Shown piece after piece: positions 1 through 12,304 of a stretch of 32,356 nt of DNA; positions within the stretch are counted from its first letter, which is position 1; every line of letters begins with the position of its first letter. The notes under the pieces are model-generated. The model did no database searches and was not told the origin of the DNA. It saw nothing but the letters and a program-made list of their open reading frames with translations. A program made the position numbers and the translations under genes. The DNA is from a virus (lineage: Duplodnaviria; Caudoviricetes), in IMG/VR virus record IMGVR_UViG_3300020043_004150, positions 1-32,356 of that record. The stretch is one strand, 5' to 3'.

Positions 1-2
1 TT

Positions 3-793
3 GTTGAATGTATAGCAGCAGGCGGTGGTGGTGGAGGTGGAGCAAGACAAACAGGAACTACTGCTTGCACAGGCGGTGGAGGCGGAGGTGGTGGTCCTTG
101 GTCACGCAGAATTATTACAGCAGCTGAAATTGGTACTCACCCCATTGCTATTACAGTAACAATTGGTGCAGGTGGTGCAGGTGGTGCAGGTCGTAGCGGT
201 TCTACTGGTAGTGGATCAAACGGTTCAGTAGGAGCTGTGTCTCAATTTGCTACAATGTATTTTCCTGGAGGTAGAGGTGGTGTAGGTGGTGATTCTGGTG
301 GTAGTTCTGCTGTAGGTGGTACTGGATATGTAGATATTTCTGCAATTGGATTTCCAGTAGCTGGTCGTGAAATTCAAGGTCAAGGTGGTGATTCTACTAG
401 CGGTGCAGGTACAGCAGGTGCTAAATCAAGACTTGGTGGAGCAGGTGGAGGTTCTGGGCGTAGTGTTGCAGCTACTGCAAATGCAGGTCAAGCCGGTGGA
501 GATGCTTTAGATGAAAGTCTAAACTACGCTGATGGTCCAGCAAATCATTGGGATATGACCACTGGTGGTGGTGGTACAGCTGGTGCTACTAATGGTGGTG
601 CTGGTGGTGCTGGCACTGGTTCAGATGGTGGCGGTGGTGGTGGTTCAAACAGAACAGGCACTGGCGGAGCAGGCGGTGCAGGTGGTTCTGTTGGTGGTGG
701 CGGAGGAGGCGGTGGTGCTGCTAATGATGATAATAATGGTGGTACAGGTGGTACAGGTGGAAATGCACAAGTTAAAATATGGGTGTTTGGATA

Positions 794-794
<1 letters not shown>
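3..794 (+). CDS. Glycine-rich tail fibre / virion protein, 5'-partial
   Basis: The frame of ORF 237..794 is open back to base 3 (VECIAAGGGGGGG...ITVTIGAGGAGG...GGNAQVKIWVFG). This is a typical phage glycine-rich fibre domain. Confidence 0.75.
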
Positions 795-3320
<2,526 letters not shown>

Positions 3321-3321
<1 letters not shown>

Positions 3322-4361
3322 TGAGAGTCCTTGGTACAGTAGCTTCTAGAAGAACACGCAAAGCAATTGCAATAACTCATGGAACAAGTCCATACATAAG
3401 TATTTATCCATGGGCTGCTGGTTTTGGAACTAAATATGCAAACCCTGCATCCGCTCCTGCTGGAGAAGGTAGAGATGTTGCTTTTGACAAAGCAGGTAGA
3501 TCAGTAGTTATTGCAAACATTACAAGTCCAAGAGTTGCTGCTTATCAATTTTTTGAAGGCTTTAGCACAAAATATGCAGACCCTGCAACATTACCTACCG
3601 GAAATGGGTTTGGTGTTGATTTCAACCATCTTGATTCAGAGGTTGCAGTAGCACATTCAGCAGACCCAACTGTTTCAGTATATGCATGGACTTATGCTTC
3701 TGGTTTTGGTACAAAGTATGCTAACCCGGCAACAAAACCAACTAATAATGGAAATGATGCTGAGTTTAATCATAACAGTACATATATTGCTGTTGGTCAT
3801 GATCAAAGCCCATATATATCTGCGTATCCTTGGACAGTTGGAACTGGATTTGGAACTAAACTAGCTAATCCAGCTACTTTACCTACGGGAGAAGTCAAAA
3901 GAATTGATTTTATGCCATCTACATCAACAACTGATATTGGTATGGCATTGGGATCTGGAGTTCCAGCAAATGATGGTGTTGCTTATCCCTTTTCAACAGG
4001 TTTTGGCACAAGATATGCATTAGCAGTTGGTTTGCAATTTACCGGTCAAGGTTTTCGTTTTACAAAATCTGGTACTCAATGTGGTTTTAGTACAAATAAT
4101 AGCCCATATCAATATGGTTATCCGTTTACCACTGGCACAGGTTTTGGAACAAAGTATGCAAACCCAGCTTCTCTTCCATCTGGATTAGGTATTGGTATTG
4201 ATTTTGATGATACAACAGCGTTTGTTGCTGGCGGTGGTAGAGGTTCACCATATCTTGAAGTTTGGGATTGGTCAGGAACTGGTTGGGGAAGTAAGTATGC
4301 TAACCCTGCAACATTGCCTGCTGGTGGAGCAAATAATCCTAAATGGTTTCCATCATATTAA
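3321..4361 (+). CDS. Seven-repeat beta-propeller protein, putative receptor-binding tip
   Basis: TAATG coupling gives a start at 3321 (MRVLGTVASR). Seven ~45-50 aa repeats centre on G(F/W)G(T/S)KYANPA(T/S)LP. Confidence 0.75.
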
Positions 4362-4370
4362 CGAGGGAAT

Positions 4371-5963
4371 ATGGAATTAAATGAATTAGTAAATGAATAT
4401 AATTATCGTAAATGCAGAGGGCCTGAAAATGCTTCTACAGAAGAACTTGCTGAAGCATTTCAATTCTTTTGTGCTAACTATGTTTATATTAAACACCCAA
4501 ATAAAGGGCGTATTCAATTTGAGTTAAGAGAAGCACAAATAGAAACTGTTAAAGCATGGCTTGATAATAGAAATACAATAGTTCTTAAAGCTCGTCAGAT
4601 TGGATTTTCTACTTTAGCTGCAGCATATGCATTTTGGCTAGCATTTTTTTGGTCAGATAGATTTATTGTAATGCTTTCTAAAACAGAAAGAGAAGCCGCT
4701 AAACTTTTATCTAAAGCTAAGTATATTTATAAGTTTTTACCCAACTGGTTAAGATTGTCGGGTCCAGAAATGTTGCAAAATAATGTCCTTAAAATGTCAT
4801 TTGGTAATGATTCTGTAATAGAATCTTTGCCATCAGCAAACGAACCAGCCCGTGGTGAGTCTGTATACTTGGCAATCATTGACGAAATGGCTTTCTTGCC
4901 AAATCCAGAAGAAGCATGGGCTTCTATTGAGCCAATTGCAGATGTCGGCGGTAGAGTAATCTGTCTTTCTACTGCTAAAGGTGAAGATAATATCTTCTTT
5001 AATTTGTGGATGGGTTCACAAAACAACACTAATCGTTTTAAAGGCATCTTTTTTCCTTGGTCAGCTAATAAAGACCGTGATCAAGCATGGTATGACGCTC
5101 AAGCAGCAGAATTACCTATCTGGCAGTTGCATCAAGAGTACCCTTCTAACCCAGAAGAAGCATTTATTCGTTCTGGTAGACCAATTTTTGATATTGATAT
5201 ATTAAAAACTTTTATAACAGAAGCCCCAAAGAAGGGTTATAACAAAAAATTATCTGATCAGCGCAATTCTTTTATGTTTGAATCAAGTGGTGGACCTCTT
5301 TCTATTTGGCAATTGCCTCAATTTGGTACTGTTTACACAATCGGGGCTGACGTTGCAGAAGGTTTGGCTAGAGGAGACTACTCATCTGCCCATGTTATTG
5401 ATGCCAAATCAGGTGTAGTTGTTGCTCATTGGCACGGACATGTTGACCCAGATAAGTTTGGTGAAGAAGTTCTGTATGCTCTAGGCTTTTTTTATAATGA
5501 AGCATTGATAGGCGTGGAATCCAACAACCATGGTTTAACAACGCTTACATCGCTTCACAAAGCGGGATATAGCAATCTATACCGACAGCGTAAACTTAAC
5601 CAGCGCAATCCTCAACAGACAGAAACGCTGGGTTGGAAAACAACAGCCTTAACAAAACCATTGGCTATAGATGAACTTAATGCCAATATTAGAGATGGGG
5701 TTTTGGATATTAGATGTGAATATACTATTCAAGAACTTAAAACCTATGTAAGAGATGATAATGGCTCAATGCACGGCTCACCTCATGATGACAGGGTTAT
5801 TAGTTTGGCTATTGCTAACCAAATGCTCAAGTATGCTTGGCTTCCAGAGTACCGACCAAAATCAGATGCGCCTTTTGGAACTCTCAATTATTTTGCCAAA
5901 AGTGTCGTTAAAGCTAAAAAAGAACCCAATCGCTATTTGATTGGTGAATTTAATAGCTACTAA
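4371..5963 (+). CDS. terL: Terminase large subunit
   Basis: 530 aa. LKARQIGFST Walker A variant, IIDEMAF Walker B, LST motif III, and RNase H-like nuclease motifs GADVAEG, ESN and HDDRV. Confidence 0.95.
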   Translation: MELNELVNEYNYRKCRGPENASTEELAEAFQFFCANYVYIKHPNKGRIQFELREAQIETVKAWLDNRNTIVLKARQIGFSTLAAAYAFWLAFFWSDRFIVMLSKTEREAAKLLSKAKYIYKFLPNWLRLSGPEMLQNNVLKMSFGNDSVIESLPSANEPARGESVYLAIIDEMAFLPNPEEAWASIEPIADVGGRVICLSTAKGEDNIFFNLWMGSQNNTNRFKGIFFPWSANKDRDQAWYDAQAAELPIWQLHQEYPSNPEEAFIRSGRPIFDIDILKTFITEAPKKGYNKKLSDQRNSFMFESSGGPLSIWQLPQFGTVYTIGADVAEGLARGDYSSAHVIDAKSGVVVAHWHGHVDPDKFGEEVLYALGFFYNEALIGVESNNHGLTTLTSLHKAGYSNLYRQRKLNQRNPQQTETLGWKTTALTKPLAIDELNANIRDGVLDIRCEYTIQELKTYVRDDNGSMHGSPHDDRVISLAIANQMLKYAWLPEYRPKSDAPFGTLNYFAKSVVKAKKEPNRYLIGEFNSY

Positions 5964-5988
5964 TGTAATGAATTGTTGTATTATTAGG
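5964..5988 (+). promoter_or_regulatory. Putative phage late promoter, GTAA-N16-TAG copy 1
   Basis: TGTAA-tgaattgttg-TATTAT-TAGG, intergenic after terL. Confidence 0.65.
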
Positions 5989-5996
5989 AGATTCCC

Positions 5997-6212
5997 ATGA
6001 GTTGTATCAATTGTTCTGCCGAATTGGCTACCGAAAACGATAAACGCAGGGGGCTTTGTTTTAAATGCCATGTTAAAGGCATTAGATTCGGGTTTACAAG
6101 TGTTGGCTACGGTAGAAAATCTTGGAATGATTCAACAATTAGAGAAACACAAAGGATGTACGAAAGTATGCCCAATGTAGAAAAGATTCCTGCCAGAAAA
6201 GAGTTAATCTAA
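5997..6212 (+). CDS. Small zinc-ribbon-like protein
   Basis: CINC...CFKC; AGGAG RBS upstream. Confidence 0.6.
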   Translation: MSCINCSAELATENDKRRGLCFKCHVKGIRFGFTSVGYGRKSWNDSTIRETQRMYESMPNVEKIPARKELI

Positions 6213-6213
6213 T

Positions 6214-6420
6214 ATGGAATGGGCTGTTCCTATAATAGTTGCTATTATTGGCGGTCCTTTAGTGGTCGTTCTACAGAGGTTAAGGAAAGAAAATACAGAG
6301 CAACATGCAGAGTCAAGAACTTTGCTAAATGTAGTTGCTGGAAAAGTAGATAAGATAGATAATAAATTAGACAATCATATTGATTGGCACTTAAACAAGG
6401 AGACAAATAATGTACGGTAA
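6214..6420 (+). CDS. Small membrane protein (DUF2746-like), possibly lysis-related
   Basis: N-terminal hydrophobic helix, coiled coil, ends KLDNHIDWH. Confidence 0.55.
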   Translation: MEWAVPIIVAIIGGPLVVVLQRLRKENTEQHAESRTLLNVVAGKVDKIDNKLDNHIDWHLNKETNNVR

Positions 6421-6526
6421 ATTAGGTAAGAAGATGGATGTAAAAAAGACAGCCATGGGTAAGGCATATATGGCAGCTAGTAAGCCAAAAGCTAAGAAAG
6501 TTATGAAGAAGAAGGATAAAAAATAA
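6410..6526 (+). CDS. 38-aa Lys/Met-rich peptide (not in the ORF track)
   Basis: AAGGAG RBS then MYGKLGKKMDVKKTAMGKAYMAASKPKAKKVMKKKDKK*. Confidence 0.65.
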   Translation: MYGKLGKKMDVKKTAMGKAYMAASKPKAKKVMKKKDKK

Positions 6527-6562
6527 AAAGTGACATTTACCAATGTCAAGGAGAAAAAAGAT

Positions 6563-6763
6563 ATGAAATTAAGTCAAAAAAATAAGTCAATGTTAATGTC
6601 ATATGTGCGATCATGCGTTGCTGCAGGGTTGGCTGTATACATGACAGGCAATACAGACCCTGGTGATATTGGTAAAGCTGCACTTGCTGCACTTCTTCCA
6701 GTTCTTATGCGTTGGGCAAACCCCAACGATCCAGCATTTGGTCGTAGCAAGGAAGGTAAATAA
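6563..6763 (+). CDS. Holin-like membrane protein
   Basis: ATG at 6563 follows AAGGAG. Two hydrophobic segments SYVRSCVAAGLAVYM and AALAALLPVLMRWANPNDPAFG resemble actinophage holin-like proteins. Confidence 0.6.
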   Translation: MKLSQKNKSMLMSYVRSCVAAGLAVYMTGNTDPGDIGKAALAALLPVLMRWANPNDPAFGRSKEGK

Positions 6764-7098
6764 TGTCGTATGTTCCATCAACAGAAAGCGCAACGCTTGG
6801 TATTGCAGATGCAGCGCTAACTTTAGGCACTGCAGATGCAGATTCAGTTGCATTGCAAGTTACAGGCACATTTACAGGCACAATTACGTTTGAAGCATCA
6901 GTAGATGGCACAAACTGGGCTGCACTTGCAGTTAAAGCCTCATCTCAAACTGCTGCTGCAACTTTAGTTACAACAACTACAGCCGTTGGTGTCTTTACGG
7001 TTAATACTCAAGGATTGCCAAATATTAGAGCAAGAATGAGCGCTTATACGAGTGGTGATGCTGTTGTTACTGCTAAACTTGTAAGAGTCGCTAAATAA
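6763..7098 (+). CDS. Small beta-sandwich virion protein
   Basis: Thr/Ala-rich, with LQVTGTFTGTITFEASVDGTNW; TAATG-coupled. Confidence 0.55.
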   Translation: MSYVPSTESATLGIADAALTLGTADADSVALQVTGTFTGTITFEASVDGTNWAALAVKASSQTAAATLVTTTTAVGVFTVNTQGLPNIRARMSAYTSGDAVVTAKLVRVAK

Positions 7099-7208
7099 TG
7101 CCGGCTAATTCAAGTTATAATTCAATAAAAAGTACAACAAAGAAAAACTATGTTGTAAAGAAAAAGAAGGAGAAAAAGAATGCCAAAGCATACAAAAGCA
7201 AAAAGTAG
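7098..7208 (+). CDS. 36-aa Lys-rich peptide (not in the ORF track)
   Basis: TAATG start; MPANSSYNSIKSTTKKNYVVKKKKEKKNAKAYKSKK*. Confidence 0.55.
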   Translation: MPANSSYNSIKSTTKKNYVVKKKKEKKNAKAYKSKK

Positions 7209-7362
7209 TAAAAAGGTTTGGGAAAAACCTAGACCAAAGGGTTTGGGTAAGTCTAAGAAGCTTACTCCTGCTCAAAAAGCATCGGCTAAAGCAGCAGCAA
7301 AGAAAGCCGGAAGACCATACCCTAATTTGGTTGACAACATGAGAGCTGCAAGGAGCAAATAA
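7180..7362 (+). CDS. 60-aa basic protein
   Basis: AAGGAG RBS; KKLTPAQKASAKAAAKKAGRPYPNLVDNM. Confidence 0.7.
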   Translation: MPKHTKAKSSKKVWEKPRPKGLGKSKKLTPAQKASAKAAAKKAGRPYPNLVDNMRAARSK

Positions 7363-7493
7363 TGCCATATTCAAAATATTCACCAAAACAAAAAAGACTG
7401 GCAGCAGTTGCTGAGCCTCGTGACAAGATTACAGCTGCTGATCTTAAAGCACTTCGTGGTACAAAGTTTAAAGGTAAAAAAGGTAAGAAATAA
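7362..7493 (+). CDS. 43-aa basic peptide (not in the ORF track)
   Basis: AGGAG RBS with TAATG coupling at both ends; MPYSKYSPKQKRLAAVAEPRDKITAADLKALRGTKFKGKKGKK*. Confidence 0.75.
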   Translation: MPYSKYSPKQKRLAAVAEPRDKITAADLKALRGTKFKGKKGKK

Positions 7494-7819
7494 TGTCTGA
7501 TATTCAACCAAATAACCTTAATCAATATACTCCAGTACAGCTTAGAGAGATGGAAGTTGCGGATTATCAAAAAAATATTGATGCTTACACAGCGATTTTA
7601 ACAACTCTTCCAACAGATATTCCTGCTCACCTAGAACCGTATCGTAATCGTACAGATAAGCATGAAGCAATTAAAGAAATTGAAGATTTTGATGATGTTA
7701 CACTTTTGTCGGATTACTGGTATGGACAAGAAATTAAAGGATTGATTCGTACAGAAATGCTTGAGCAAAGAAAGGCTAAGGCAATTCTTGCGTATCTAAA
7801 GGAACAAGAGAATGCCTAA
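7493..7819 (+). CDS. Hypothetical helical protein
   Basis: 108 aa ORF, translationally coupled to its neighbours. Confidence 0.65.
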   Translation: MSDIQPNNLNQYTPVQLREMEVADYQKNIDAYTAILTTLPTDIPAHLEPYRNRTDKHEAIKEIEDFDDVTLLSDYWYGQEIKGLIRTEMLEQRKAKAILAYLKEQENA

Positions 7820-8075
7820 GACTGCAGCATGGCAACGCAAAGAGGGGAAAAATCCTGAAGGCGGGCTAAATGCTAAAGGTCGTGCATCTTACAAAGCACA
7901 AACAGGTGGAACACTTAAACCGCCTGTATCTGCTAAGCAAGCAAAGAAGTCACCAAAAGCTGCTGCAAGAAGAAAATCTTTTTGTGCAAGAATGGGCGGT
8001 ATGCCGGGTCCTATGAAGGATTCTAAAGGCAGACCAACAAGAAAGGCTTTAGCCTTAAGGAAATGGGATTGTTAA
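7812..8075 (+). CDS. Basic protein, DUF6321-like
   Basis: KEGKNPEGGLNAKGRASY...ARRKSFCARM...ALRKWDC. Confidence 0.7.
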   Translation: MPKTAAWQRKEGKNPEGGLNAKGRASYKAQTGGTLKPPVSAKQAKKSPKAAARRKSFCARMGGMPGPMKDSKGRPTRKALALRKWDC

Positions 8076-8497
8076 TGAGATATCAAGATACACCAATGGG
8101 TAAGGCTATGGAAATAGCTATCAGAATAGGCCTTCCAGACTCTAAAGAAGATATGCGTGAAGATATGCATGAAGAAGCTGAAGAATCAGATGAGATGTAT
8201 GAGCACAACACTAATAATGTAAAACTTGCTCCTGCGGAAGCTATGTATGTTGAGTCAATGTACGAAATTGTATCAGAATATGGCAAACTTGCTGATAACG
8301 ATGACAATGGAATCTGGGTTGGATACATGTCTCCCTCAGAAAATGAAAATAAAAGTATTGGTGTTAAGTGTTCAAACTGTGCATTTTGGTGTCCTGAAAT
8401 GATGGGTTGCCATATTATTGCTGAACAAGCTGAACCAGAAGGTTTGTGTAGATTGGCAGCAATTGGCGATGGTTTGGTTAAGGGAGATAGAAAATAA
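8075..8497 (+). CDS. Acidic protein with HiPIP-like Cys motif
   Basis: TAATG start at 8075; C-terminal CSNCAFW...CHII...EGLCRL. Confidence 0.55.
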   Translation: MRYQDTPMGKAMEIAIRIGLPDSKEDMREDMHEEAEESDEMYEHNTNNVKLAPAEAMYVESMYEIVSEYGKLADNDDNGIWVGYMSPSENENKSIGVKCSNCAFWCPEMMGCHIIAEQAEPEGLCRLAAIGDGLVKGDRK

Positions 8498-10354
8498 ATG
8501 GCACGACAAAGCAATTATGACAAACTAAAAAACTATAGACAAAGATTGGATGCTTCTAGTTTATGGCGTAAAAATGATGGCTATGACGATCTATGGCAAC
8601 GTATGATTAATCTTTATCGTGGTAGACAGTATCGTGGTGTAGCAACTGGTGACAGATTGCTTGTTAATATTTGTTTTTCAACAATCAATACTCTTGCACC
8701 ATCTGTTGCTATTGGTCGCCCAAAGATTCTTGTAAATGCTCGTAGACCGCAAGACGGGGATAAAGCTATTGTTACAGAATCAATTATTAACTATTGGTGG
8801 CAGCATTACGAATGCCAACCAGAGTTCCAAAGAGCAGTTAAAGATTATCTTATTTTAGGACATGGCTGGGTTAAAACAGGTTATCGTTTTGTAGAAGAAG
8901 AAAAACTTGATGATATTGATTACACCGCAGATGAAGCAGCAGAAGGCGATGAAGTAGCTGATGATGTTGAAAGTGATTTGATAATTAGAGAAGATCGCCC
9001 ATATCTTGAGCGTGTTGACCCATTTGATATGTTTGTTGACCCAGATGCAAGCGATATGTCAGAGGTTCGTTGGATTGCCCAACGAGTTCGTAGACCACTT
9101 AAGGCAGCCCGTGAAGATAAGCGTTATAACGCGGCTGTTCGTAAAGAATTAAGTGCAACTTCTTATAGAAAGTACAATACAAACACTGCTACATACAGTT
9201 ATGAGCCAAACAGCACAGACGAGCAATATGTAGACATCTTTGAATTTTACGATATTGAAACAGGAACATTGTCGGTATTTTCTCAATCTGGTGATGGCTT
9301 TTTGATTAAACCAACCAAGATGCCTTATGCCTTTGGTCATCCGTATTACATGTTGCGTAATTATGATATTCCAAACTTCTTTTACCCAATGGGTGAACTT
9401 GAAGCAATTGAGCCATTACAGTACGAACTCAACGAAACCCGTACACAGATGATGAATCACCGTAAGCGTTACAGTCGTAAATGGCTGGCTTTGGAATCGG
9501 CTTTTGATGACTTTGGTAGACAAATGTTGTCTTCAGATGATGATAATGTTATCGTACCAGTTAAAGGCTCAGAGAATCTAAATAATGTGGTTGTTCCAAT
9601 GCCCGCATTGATTAACCCGCCAGAGTTTTATAATCAGTCAGCTCTTATTCAAAATGATATTGACCGTGTATCTGGTGTATCTGAATACCAGCGTGGTGCA
9701 ATTCCAGAGACTACCCGTACTGCCCGTGAAGCATCAATTATTGCTGAAGCCGGTAATGCAAGAGTTGCTGAAAAACTTGTAAACATTGAAAACTCTATTG
9801 CTAGATGCGCAAACAATCTTATTATGCTGGCTCAACAATTTATGACCGGAGAGCAGGTTGTAAGAATTGTTGGAACAGAGAATAAACCAGTTTGGCTTAA
9901 GTTTGATCGTGATTATATTGCGGGAGAATTTGATTATATGGTAGAAGCAGGGTCTACTGCTCCAAGAAATGAAGCCTTCCGTAGAGATATGGCACTTCAA
10001 ATGGTTTCTGCCGTTGCTCCGTTTGCTCAAGCCGGCATTGTTAACCTTCCAAAACTTGCGGAATATGTATTGTCTGTTGGCTTTGGTGTCAAGAACCCTG
10101 GTGATTTTATACAACAAGCACCTCCTGCTCCAATGACTCCAGATCAACAAGCATTGGAAGGACAAGGTATGCCGCCAGGTATGAGTCCAGATCAAATGGC
10201 TGGTATACCACCTGAGTTGCTTGGTGGAATGATTCCAAATGCCCCAATTCAAGGTCCAGGACCACAGGTTCCTCAAGTTGATGCGGGTATTTTACAAAGT
10301 TTACCGCCTGAGATATTGCAAGCATTGCTATCTCAAGCACAACAAGCCCAATAA
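8498..10354 (+). CDS. Portal protein
   Basis: 618 aa, located between terL and scaffold/capsid. Contains RVDPFDMFVDP, SGVSEYQRG...TAREA and a Pro/Gln-rich tail. Confidence 0.9.
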   Translation: MARQSNYDKLKNYRQRLDASSLWRKNDGYDDLWQRMINLYRGRQYRGVATGDRLLVNICFSTINTLAPSVAIGRPKILVNARRPQDGDKAIVTESIINYWWQHYECQPEFQRAVKDYLILGHGWVKTGYRFVEEEKLDDIDYTADEAAEGDEVADDVESDLIIREDRPYLERVDPFDMFVDPDASDMSEVRWIAQRVRRPLKAAREDKRYNAAVRKELSATSYRKYNTNTATYSYEPNSTDEQYVDIFEFYDIETGTLSVFSQSGDGFLIKPTKMPYAFGHPYYMLRNYDIPNFFYPMGELEAIEPLQYELNETRTQMMNHRKRYSRKWLALESAFDDFGRQMLSSDDDNVIVPVKGSENLNNVVVPMPALINPPEFYNQSALIQNDIDRVSGVSEYQRGAIPETTRTAREASIIAEAGNARVAEKLVNIENSIARCANNLIMLAQQFMTGEQVVRIVGTENKPVWLKFDRDYIAGEFDYMVEAGSTAPRNEAFRRDMALQMVSAVAPFAQAGIVNLPKLAEYVLSVGFGVKNPGDFIQQAPPAPMTPDQQALEGQGMPPGMSPDQMAGIPPELLGGMIPNAPIQGPGPQVPQVDAGILQSLPPEILQALLSQAQQAQ

Positions 10355-10355
10355 A

Positions 10356-10380
10356 TGTAATGAAATATATTACTAATAGG
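10356..10380 (+). promoter_or_regulatory. Putative late promoter, GTAA-N16-TAG copy 2
   Basis: TGTAA-tgaaatatat-TACTAA-TAGG, upstream of scaffold and capsid. Confidence 0.7.
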
Positions 10381-10417
10381 GAGTAATCCCCGTAGAACAA
10401 TCAAGAAGGAGAACTCT

Positions 10418-11188
10418 ATGACACAAACAGATACTGCTAGTACTATTGAAGACCAAAACATCCCCGTAGATGGACAAGATGCTCCGGTTGAAGGTACAGC
10501 TGAAACTCAAGAGGTAGAACCAGAACTCTTTGACTATACAGAGATTGCCGATAAGGTAGTTAAACTCCAAGTCAATGGCGAAGAGATCGCAGTTCCACTA
10601 AAGGAGGCTCTGGCTGGGTATCAGCGTCAAGCGGATTATACCAAAAAGACGCAGGAACTTAGCGAGCAGAAGAAAAGATTAACCTACGCAGAAGCCCTTA
10701 CGGAAGCACTCCAAAAGGACCCTGCAGGCACATTACAACTTTTAGGACAGCAATACGGTGTTCAACAAACCAAGGTTGAAGAAACTGAATGGCTTGACCC
10801 GGCTGATCAAAAAGTTAGTGAACTTGAAAAACGACTTATTGCCTTTGAACAAAAACAGGCGATGGAGGAGTTGTCAAGGACAATTGATTCTTTGCAGAGC
10901 AAGTATGGTGAAGACTTTAATGCAGACGAAGTTGTTGCAAAGGCTTTAGCTACAGGACAAACAGATTTGGAAGCAATCTTTAAACAGATTACTTTTGATA
11001 AAGTTTATTCTAAAGCATCTGAGGCTACAAAAAAGCTAACAGACGAACAAGCCAGACTAGACGCTAAGCGTAAAGCCAGCGTGGTGTCAAGCACATCATC
11101 TTCTAAAGCAACTGTCCAACCGACTAAGGCTCAACCTAAAACCGTTTTTGAAGCATTTAAAGCGGCAGAGAAAGATTTAAACGCTTAA
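10418..11188 (+). CDS. Capsid scaffolding protein
   Basis: Acidic N-terminus, VNGEE...GYQRQADYTKKTQEL motif, coiled coil, directly upstream of the capsid gene. Confidence 0.85.
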   Translation: MTQTDTASTIEDQNIPVDGQDAPVEGTAETQEVEPELFDYTEIADKVVKLQVNGEEIAVPLKEALAGYQRQADYTKKTQELSEQKKRLTYAEALTEALQKDPAGTLQLLGQQYGVQQTKVEETEWLDPADQKVSELEKRLIAFEQKQAMEELSRTIDSLQSKYGEDFNADEVVAKALATGQTDLEAIFKQITFDKVYSKASEATKKLTDEQARLDAKRKASVVSSTSSSKATVQPTKAQPKTVFEAFKAAEKDLNA

Positions 11189-11237
11189 TTTACTGAAGAG
11201 GTAAATTCTAACTAACTACATCTAGGAGATGATTATT

Positions 11238-12179
11238 ATGGCAGGTAATGCTAATTTTGATGCAATACTCTCAACCACACTGCAGAACTATCAGCCGCAG
11301 TTGGTTGACAACATTTTTACGGCTCGTGTTCTTCTTGAACACTTGAACTCCCGTGGTCGTGTTGTCGTGGAACAAGGTGGTACTTCAATTGTTGAACCAC
11401 TCGTCTACGCACAGAACGACACCGTGGGTTCATACTCGGGCTATGACACGATTGACCTCACCCCACAGGAAGGCATTTCGGCTGCTGAGTACAACTGGAA
11501 GCAGATGGCTGCTTCTATTGCAATCAGCGGTATTGAAGAAGCAAAGAACCGTGGAACAGAGGCAATTATTAAATTGCTGAATGCAAAGATTATGCAAGCA
11601 GAGGAGTCCTTGAAGGAATCCTTGAATGACATGTTGTTTGCTTCGTCAGTCGGCAATAACGGCAAAGACTTCCAAGGTCTTGGTTTCCTCATTGACGCTA
11701 CCGGCACTGTCGGTGGTATTGATGCATCAACCAACTCATGGTGGGCTTCGTATGAAGACAACAATGCTACGGCATTGACACAAGCACAGATGACAACTGC
11801 TTACAACACAGCAGCTCGTGGCAATGATGTCCCTGACCTCATTGTTACAACGCTGACTTTGTTCGGCAAGTATGAAACATTGCTCACACCACAGGTTCGC
11901 TATCAGGATGTAACCAAGGCTAACCTTGGCTTCCAAAACCTGATGTTCAAGCAGACACCAGTTGTGTTTGACGTTTCGTGCCCATCGGGCAACATGTTCT
12001 TTGTGAACAGCAAGTACCTCAAGCTTGTTGGTATGGAAGGTCACTGGTTCAACACAACCGAATTCCAGAAGGGAACTGTAGCTGGCGTTGATGCCCGTTA
12101 CGCTCTCATTATGTCGTTTGGTGAACTCGTGTGCTCTAACCGTGCTCGTCAAGCCAAGCTGACTGCAAAGACAGCCTAA
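11238..12179 (+). CDS. Major capsid protein
   Basis: AGGAG RBS favours ATG 11238 (313 aa). Position and sequence (STTLQNY...LVDNIF, AEYNWKQMAASI, LVCSNRARQA) fit; codons are richer in third-position C. Confidence 0.9.
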   Translation: MAGNANFDAILSTTLQNYQPQLVDNIFTARVLLEHLNSRGRVVVEQGGTSIVEPLVYAQNDTVGSYSGYDTIDLTPQEGISAAEYNWKQMAASIAISGIEEAKNRGTEAIIKLLNAKIMQAEESLKESLNDMLFASSVGNNGKDFQGLGFLIDATGTVGGIDASTNSWWASYEDNNATALTQAQMTTAYNTAARGNDVPDLIVTTLTLFGKYETLLTPQVRYQDVTKANLGFQNLMFKQTPVVFDVSCPSGNMFFVNSKYLKLVGMEGHWFNTTEFQKGTVAGVDARYALIMSFGELVCSNRARQAKLTAKTA

Positions 12180-12185
12180 TAAGTT

Positions 12186-12227
12186 TGCGAAGGGTGGGGG
12201 TTTGAAGGTAAACCCCTACCATTTGCA
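12186..12227 (+). terminator. Long hairpin after the capsid gene (leaky terminator or processing site)
   Basis: tgcgaagggtgggggttt-gaaggt-aaacccctaccatttgca, with no strong U tract. Confidence 0.55.
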
Positions 12228-12304
12228 TTATAATAAATAAAAAATAAATTCTAACAAATAGTTAGGTTAATCTGCCTTAAAAGGCAAGGAGAAAAGAAAC
12301 AACT

